A DNA stretch of 64,000 nucleotides from Eledone cirrhosa. Its lineage: Eukaryota. Below, piece by piece: positions 56,364 through 64,000 of the stretch. A program made the translations under genes and the position numbers. Each line of letters begins with the position of its first letter. Position 1 is the stretch's first letter. Below the pieces are notes generated by a model. The model was given only the letters and a program-made list of their open reading frames with translations. It made no database searches and was not told the DNA's origin. Location of the stretch: assembly GCA_964016885.1 (NCBI GenBank), contig OZ024745.1:113708001-113772000 (forward strand), given 5' to 3'.

Positions 56364-56555
56364 AGGTGGTGGATTGGCAGTATATGTAGAGGGTTGGACG
56401 CCATGCTTTGCAGCATGGAGTTACGGGCCTTTACGATCTGAGTTCAAATCGCGCCGAGGTTAACTTTGCCTTTCAACCTTACGGGGTCGATAAAATAAAG
56501 TTCCAATAATACACTGGGATAATTGCTGGCCTTGTGCCAAATGTAGAAACAATTA
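56364..56555 (+). mobile_element. Nin/Deu-type SINE
   Basis: Full-length copy. Confidence 0.88.
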
Positions 56556-56620
56556 TATATATTATATATATATATTATATATATTATATATATATATTAT
56601 ATATATTATATATATATATA

Positions 56621-57680
56621 TTTATATAACGGAGAATGTCTGTCTGTCTGTCTATTTGACTCCCTAAAACTCGAGAACCATCCAACCATTACACATGTAA
56701 TACTTATGGTCCTGTGAGTGTTTTGAGCAAAAATATTTCAAATTTTCAGTGCCCTAGGGACCGCATTAGGCGCCGGTTATCGATCTCTCTGTCTTTCTTA
56801 GTCTGTCCTTTTAGATAGATACATAGCTACAACGTCGCGCCCTTATAATATCTGTCTGTATGTCTGACTGTCTGCATTACGACATTATGACACTATCTGT
56901 GTGTGTGTATATATGTATATGTAGTGTGTGTATATATATATATAGTGTGTAACGTATTTCGAAATATTTATTTCTGCGTTCACAGATTTATTTTTTTAGT
57001 TTCAGAAGATCCCGTTAAGGGTGAAAGCACCGATTCTTTGCTTGAACTTTAATCTAACATTGTGTACAAGGAGGTGCTACAATCATTTTTTAGGTAGATG
57101 AGGCAGAAGGGAATATACACGATTGGCTGAAGAAGGGCGAGGCTGTGTTAGTAGTACGACCAACGGCTGTTATCACACCAACAGCAGCAAAAACAACAAC
57201 AAAAAAAAAGAGAGGGAACGCAATTACATGCTTTTGAAAAATCATACTGGAAAATTATTTGCCTATTCACCCAAGGCGACTTCAATTTTTATTAGGACTT
57301 CTGCATCAATTGGTGAACATATGACGAAACATTGAAAGGAGTAAAACAACACCACTCTCCACCACTGCAGTCCCACATGCTTACTGCTCTGTAACTATTG
57401 CTTTCATTGTACCATAGCACAACAAATACATGTTCGGTTTGTCGAATGCCTTTTTACTTAACCCTATCGTCTTGGCTTTCGTGGGTTGAACATTTTACTC
57501 TCAGACACCCAATTAAGTTAAACCCCTGGTAATCTACGACGAATTATTTTTATAAGCTCAAAATGTAGACACCATCCCCAGGCTGAGGTATTCCGTACTT
57601 CTCTGTACTGTTTCAGAAAGGAGCGATAAACATGCCAATCTATGTTTAGAATCCCGAGTAACGCCGGGCCATTTTGCTAG
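56621..57680 (+). mobile_element. Non-autonomous Helitron
   Basis: 5' TATATAACGGAGAATG(TCTG)n; 3' hairpin CCCGAGTAACGCCGGG followed by CTAG|T. Confidence 0.65.
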
Positions 57681-58329
57681 TATATATTAAAATAACAGAT
57701 TAAAGTTTAAACAAAGAATCGCTGCTTTCGCCCTTAACGGGATCTTCTGAAACTAAAAAAAAATCAATCTGTGAAGGCAGACGTAAATATTTCGAAAAAC
57801 GTTGGTTCCGTTATTAGAAACCAGTTCTCCCGCAGAGAAAGCCTCCATCGTCCGATTTACATCTAACTCTACATAGCACACACTTGTTAAATCTCCTCCA
57901 ATTCTACTCCGTTCCACCTCACTTGACGTCCCCACCTCCTGTATAGCACTCTACACACCAAGTACAAAAGTATCACTGATGGCTTCAATTCAACTGGCCA
58001 CTGGTCACTGGTCACCGGTCGTTTCAGTGCCCGTCTCCTCACCCACAAACAATGTACCCCAAAGCTAAACCCTGTATTCACCAGATTTTCAATCTCTCCC
58101 TCTCAACAAGGATATATTCGATCTTTTGTATGTACGAATATAGATGCGTGTATGTATATATTTAATTATTATTACTTTTATGATTTTAATAACCTCTGTA
58201 ATTTTCGTTTTACTAATTTATTTACATTATTCTTAACTCTGAAGACGAGAATCATTCGGTTTCCTAATTAGAATATTAGTCTAATGACTCCATTTATACC
58301 ATAAACGTGGTTTTATCTTTGCGTGTATT

Positions 58330-58657
58330 TGTTCTCATCACTCCACATAACGACGTATTATCTTCGCTTTTTTCTGTTCATTGTCAAGGAACGTCTAGTC
58401 GATTTTCCCGAAATTTCAAGGCATATTATGCACATAAAAGAAATTCATTTTCTTGATACCCTAGGGCCCGCATTAGGTGAAAACCTGCTTTTTTCCTGCT
58501 TCATCGATGAAAATATTAGATTATCCAGCCATCAGAGTATTCGGTTTATTTTCTTTACATATTTTCCAGGCATGCAGTTTTTCCACGATTAGGTCTGTTG
58601 GCAGGCCGCGTTCCAAAATACCTTATCTATCCCGTGCAACGCCGGGTACCACTGCTA

Positions 58658-58658
<1 letters not shown>
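58330..58658 (+). mobile_element. Helitron 3' portion (start uncertain)
   Basis: CCCGTGCAACGCCGGG..CTAG|T terminus; shares CCCTAGGG.CCGCATTAGG with 56751. Confidence 0.65.
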
Positions 58659-58718
<60 letters not shown>

Positions 58719-58733
58719 CATATATATATATAC

Positions 58734-58802
<69 letters not shown>

Positions 58803-58805
<3 letters not shown>

Positions 58806-58992
58806 GAACGAATCAGGACCGAGACGGCTGAGCTCCGGCCGTTCGGATCAACAGCTAGTTCGGATCTAGTTGTCAAAACGGCCGGAGCTCAGCCGTTGGG
58901 GTCCTGAATCTTTTCATTTTACTCACTCTACTACCCCACGTATCGAGTACTCTGGTCTGTTATGGTCCACCTGTTTTTTTTACCACACGCTA
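58803..58992 (+). mobile_element. Diverged relative of the 22991 fold-back family
   Basis: Inverted ACGGCTGAGCTCCGGCCGTT / AACGGCCGGAGCTCAGCCGT, then tail CACTCTACTACCC..GAGTACTCTGG..GGTCCACCTG..TTACCACA. Confidence 0.7.
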
Positions 58993-59010
58993 TCTGTTCG
59001 CTCTCCCCCC

Positions 59011-59049
<39 letters not shown>

Positions 59050-59307
59050 CCGATCGATACTATACTATAATGTATAACGGCATTAAATAATTTCTCGACT
59101 CAGCCACTCACACACTTGCTCAATAATAACAGTGCTAAATACAGAAATTACACCAAACCCAATACGATCAGCCGTGAAGCGACAATATTCAAACAGAACA
59201 TATAAGTTTGATTAAGGAATTTAACATCGAAACATTAAAAGACTGCGTGGTTTCAACTCGGTCAAAACTATTTATTACATTTAATAAAGATTGCTATTGA
59301 AAAGTTA

Positions 59308-59586
59308 ATAATTGTTTCTACTTTAGGCACAAGACCAGCAATTACCCAGTACATTACTGGTACTTTATTTTATCGACCCCGTAAGGATGAAAGGCAAAGT
59401 TTTTAATAATGATAATTGTTTCTACCTTTGGCACAAGGCCAGCAATTACCCAGTGCATTACTGGTACTTTATTTTATCGACCCCGCAAGGATGAAAGGCA
59501 AAGTCAACCTCGGCGGGATTTTAACTCAGATCGTAAAGGGACGTAACTATGCTGGAAAGCATGGCGTCCGACCCTCTACCGATACA
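59308..59586 (-). mobile_element. Two SINE pieces (59308-59400, 59412-59586)
   Basis: Direct match. Confidence 0.85.
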
Positions 59587-59730
59587 GGGGTTGAACAGAA
59601 TATCAGAAATAAATGGAGCAAATGAATGTTCTCTGTATTCACCAGAATCGAGTACAACCAACTGTTACCGTTGACCTGTGTGCACAGCGAAGACACATAC
59701 TGGAATGGTACAGTTACTAGACAATCAAAA

Positions 59731-59775
<45 letters not shown>

Positions 59776-59776
59776 T

Positions 59777-59821
<45 letters not shown>

Positions 59822-60699
59822 CTACATTAAACTATATTACATGCATTTAGTAAAGGGATGTAACTAAATACAATAGTTATATTTGCTATACACTGCATTT
59901 TCTCTTCGTAAAATGGTAACTTTTCAGACTTTACACCATTTAATATGAAACCCACACAAAATTCCATGAGTTGTATATATGCAAATGAGAGAGTAAGAGT
60001 GACAGAGAGAGAAAGAGCCGAGAGCGAGGGTGAGAGAGAGAGAGAGAGAACATGAATTGATATGACAATAACAGCAACAAAAATAAGCTAAAAGTTATTG
60101 TCCTTTAATATCTTTTACTATGTCATGGACCTATAACAGAAATTGGTCTGCTATTATACAATTTCTTTGGAGCTCTACCAATATTTCTCTTTTGCGATAG
60201 GTAAACTGAAGGAGATTGAACTGTTTGTCCATGCATGTAAATGTTAAAATATCGAGTTAAATAGTTATTGATTAGACGATTACTCTATTAAACTTCAATA
60301 AGCAGTTGGTGGTGAATTTGATCTTTCGATTTTGTTCAATTTTTTTTTTTTTTCGTGTGTGTTTGTTACTTGAACATTTTGCTAGTTTATACTTGAACAA
60401 TATTGAGTCACGTTTACATTGGGGCTCAGATACCCCGAGGGTACTTCACATTAATGCTCTTCTCCATTAATATCGATTTTACAAACAATAAAATGATTAC
60501 AAATAATTAGCTTGGGTGAAATATTTGTAGCGTCAACGAGGATTTCGGTGCTGTTCTCAACGTGGAAGAAGCGTTCTTGTAAGCACCCTTGCTAGCACCA
60601 GTGCTTTGAAATGTGAATGAATACAAAACCTGAATAGTTTAGCTAAGAATGATCTTAAATAGCAGATTAAGTTAATAAATAGTAGGTAGAAAGAGTCAA

Positions 60700-61036
60700 A
60701 TAATTGTTTCGACTTTAGGCACAAGGCCAGCAATAAATCAGTGTATTACTGGTACTTTATTTTATCGACCCCGTAAGGATGAAAGGCAAAGCCTTCAAAT
60801 GCTTAATATTTATTCTACATTGCACGCGCAATACACTTTGCTATATAATTGTTTCTACTTTAGGCACAAGGCCAGCAATTACCCAGTGTATTACTGGTAC
60901 TTTATTTTATCGACCCCGTAAGGATGAAAGGCAAAGTTAACCTCGGCGGGATTTGAACTCAGATCGTAAAGGCCCGTAACTCCATGCTGGAAAGCATGGC
61001 GTCCGACCCTCCACCGATACTGCCAATCCACCGCCC
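60700..61036 (-). mobile_element. Two SINE pieces (60700-60792, 60846-61036)
   Basis: Direct match. Confidence 0.85.
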
Positions 61037-61307
61037 TGCACTTTGCTATATAATGAGACTGATTTATATTAATGTTGAAACCAAATTGCATTTCAACATA
61101 TAGTCAACATATATTCTTCTTGCCGTTATCGCCATCTTATTTATGTCATACTAATGGCAACTTTTTGGCCTACAATTTTCCCAGCTTACCCCAAACTTTT
61201 CGTCTCTCAGTTGACGTTTTTTCTATTATGTCAGAGCTTTAGTGCTGATCTCATATTAATTTCCTCAATCGTTATATGTATGTAATGTATACATTTAGAT
61301 GTACGTT

Positions 61308-61414
<107 letters not shown>

Positions 61415-62706
61415 CACTGATTTCGTGCTTCAAGCTATAGCCATATATTTATTTATCCTATGTTATAAATATTTACAGATTTATTTCAACTACGAGACAC
61501 AATTCGCATTGAGGGTATAGTTAGGCTAAAACAACACGGCTCCACGTTCTCGAAAAGATACGGATTTGATAAATAATATAAAAGACTCTATCGTCCCCCA
61601 CTTTCTCCCAGATACGCAAGTAGACAAATATATGTATTTTTATTCAAATAATCAGTTGATATAACCGCAAGGTAGTACAGGAACTTGCAAATATATAATA
61701 AACTATGATATTACTGAGGCGTTCATCAGACAAAGTTTTGACAAAAGTATTTAAATCTTGTCATAAATTGCGGTTCAATTTCCTTTCAGTCTCGATTTCT
61801 TTCTGGTCATAATTTTAAGCCATTACCGATAATAAAAAAAACAATAGGTAAAATAGATTTAAAAGTATGAACAATATGGGATAGCTAATAGTCAATTACA
61901 GTATAGTATATTTTCTGGACCTGTTTTCAAATAATTTTGTTTGAGTTCATTTTATGTTTACATATCAAACTCACTTCTCATCAAGTTAGATTTACAAACC
62001 TTTTAGAAATAAGAGGGTTTATTAGTTTAGTAATTTCAGCGTGAAATATTTAATGGTGGTTAAAATATGAAAACAAACACAGTTAACATTAAAAAGTGTT
62101 AGAGTAATGAGAAATTAAACTTTCTAGAAATTCAACATGGATAATAGAATTACAAACTCATGTTTATCATTACGAAGTAACATTGAGATAAGCATTTAAT
62201 TGAGTAATGTCTGCTTAAGCTTCATCCATTGGTGGTAAGTGACTGAAAGTACAATAGGATAGTCCACCACAGGGTTAACCTCTAAGCTGCTACTGCTTGT
62301 GATCACTTTCTGTTTTCAACTGACTGGACTGGAATAACATGAAATGAGGTGTCTTGCTCGAAGATAAACTATCTGTCTTGTTCAGGAATCGAACTTCGAC
62401 GTTATGAACATGTATTAAACACCTCAATCCCTCGGCTGCATTTTAAGAATAACTTTATCTAACCATAGCTATTTATTATTTCAAATTATGGAAAGGAATA
62501 TGTCTCCACGTGGTCGCTTGACATATTACAAATAGCATTGCGTTTTCATATTCAGAAGGGCTTACTATTTCCAATGAATATAATATATTTTTACAATTCT
62601 GTATCCTATCCAGTCGCATAACTGGGGTCGATTTAATTGACTTTCCACTCGCCAAAATTGCTGGCATCATGCCCATAGTACAAATCATTATTATTATTAT
62701 TCTTAA

Positions 62707-62900
62707 CGGCGGTGGATTGGCAGTATCGATAGAGGATCGGACACCATGCTTTGACGCATAGAGTTACGGTCCTTGCCATTCTGAGTTCAAATCCCGTCGA
62801 GATTAACTTTGCCTTTCATCCTTACGGGGTCGACAAAATAAAGTACCAGTAATGTGCTGGGATAATTGCTGGCCTTGTGCCAAAAGTAGAAACAATTATT
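62707..62900 (+). mobile_element. Nin/Deu-type SINE
   Basis: Full-length copy with (ATT)n tail. Confidence 0.9.
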
Positions 62901-62989
62901 ATTATTAACGCTTTTGTTCTGGCAGATGTTACACCGACACCAAAACAAAAGAGCGAGACATAGCCAATGGCCAAAGCTCCTTCCTTCTC

Positions 62990-63430
62990 CTCCAACATTC
63001 CAACAACCTTCTTAGAATTCTTGCTGCAACAATCCTGTCCTGGTGATAATTCGTAGCTTCACAAGGCAAGTATCCAACCTACTTCTAACTGCTCCCAGTG
63101 CGCCAACTACAATCGGTGCCACTTCTATGGGTCTGATTCTCCACAGTTTCCTGATTTCTCTCTTCAGCTCCTGGTATTTCTCAAATTTCTCACTTTCCTT
63201 CTCATTCACTCTGTGGTCCCAGGGTGAAGCAATATCCACAGTACATGCATTGTTATTCTTCTTTTCTACAACAATGTCAGGCTCTCTAACCACGATAAAA
63301 TACTGGCACTTGATGGTCATCCCCTACAAGATCTTATATTGTCCATTTTCAGCCACCCTTTCCGGTTTGAGTTCATACCATATCTCACTTCGCATAGAAT
63401 TATCTCCTAGTCGCACAGAAGTTTTCAATT
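62990..63430 (-). mobile_element. Second R4/Dong-like RLE fragment (different family)
   Basis: WYELKPERVAENGQYKIL*..REPDIVV..VDIASPWD..KESEKFEKYQELKREIRKLW..PIVVGALGAV. Confidence 0.85.
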
Positions 63431-63599
63431 TGTTTCCCTCTTTAAAGGGATATATCGTAATGTTTGAAAACACACTACACTGTATTCTATTCTTAAGAGG
63501 TACAACTCCTCTAAGCCTGCCATCTATTGTTATATCCCAACCACTTCTGGTAACTTACACTCATTAACCACATTTAAAATGTTGAATCTCTCTCCCTAT

Positions 63600-64000
63600 T
63601 TAATAGCCACAAGTACGGCTTTTGAAAAGCCGTATCCACTGGAGACCTACTCTCTTGCATTAATCACCTTCGTCCTCTCCCCGCTCCATCCTTCCAAATT
63701 TAGTAAAAACGATATGATTGTCTTCTACATAAGCCTGAATGCATTCGACCGTGTCCAGCATGCCAATGTTCTAGAATAGCTTTCCACCCACATGTTCGTT
63801 TCGTCTCTCATCCTTTGAATCGGTGATATATTGTCAGATAAACATGATCATCTCACTACCATAATCTGTTAGATCGATACAAATGCTAAGATTCATATTC
63901 ATTGAAGATCTCACCTGGCTAACATACATCGTCAACATCTCAAAGAGTGCAATACCCAAGCTGGCCTTTCTCGTCAGATCGAGAAACTAATTCAGCTTTC
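63600..64000 (+). mobile_element. Decayed CR1/Jockey-group LINE RT fragment
   Basis: KYGF*KAVSTGDLL..ISLNAFDRVQH..; MLRFIFIEDLTWLTYIVNISKSAIPKLAFLVRSR. Confidence 0.6.

Noticed and set aside
63043-63567. 174-aa plus-strand ORF
   Set aside because: Antisense to the R4/Dong-like RLE fragment.

Overview
AT-rich, microsatellite-saturated eukaryotic non-coding DNA, most likely from an octopod cephalopod (inferred from the abundant Nin/Deu-domain tRNA-SINE and the LINE set). I found no intact host gene, rRNA, tRNA or CRISPR array, and most ORFs in the track are microsatellite artefacts. The window is mainly transposon remains: about 20 SINE copies, CRE, R4/Dong, RTE, RTEX, Tx1-like and CR1-group LINE fragments, Helitron 3' ends and hAT/Tc1 relics. 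The most interesting part is 23-30 kb. It holds a Naiad-type Penelope-like element (GIY-YIG C-terminus) with ~1.04-kb near-identical inverted arms, four well-formed minimal type I hammerhead ribozymes from three unrelated families, and a 436-nt retrozyme-like monomer. Several sequence-unrelated insertions in (TA)n share one architecture: inverted arm, arm, unique tail. A bipartite RTE-derived non-autonomous element and two unexplained decayed coding-like segments are also present. All calls are by eye; no searches or folding programs were run.
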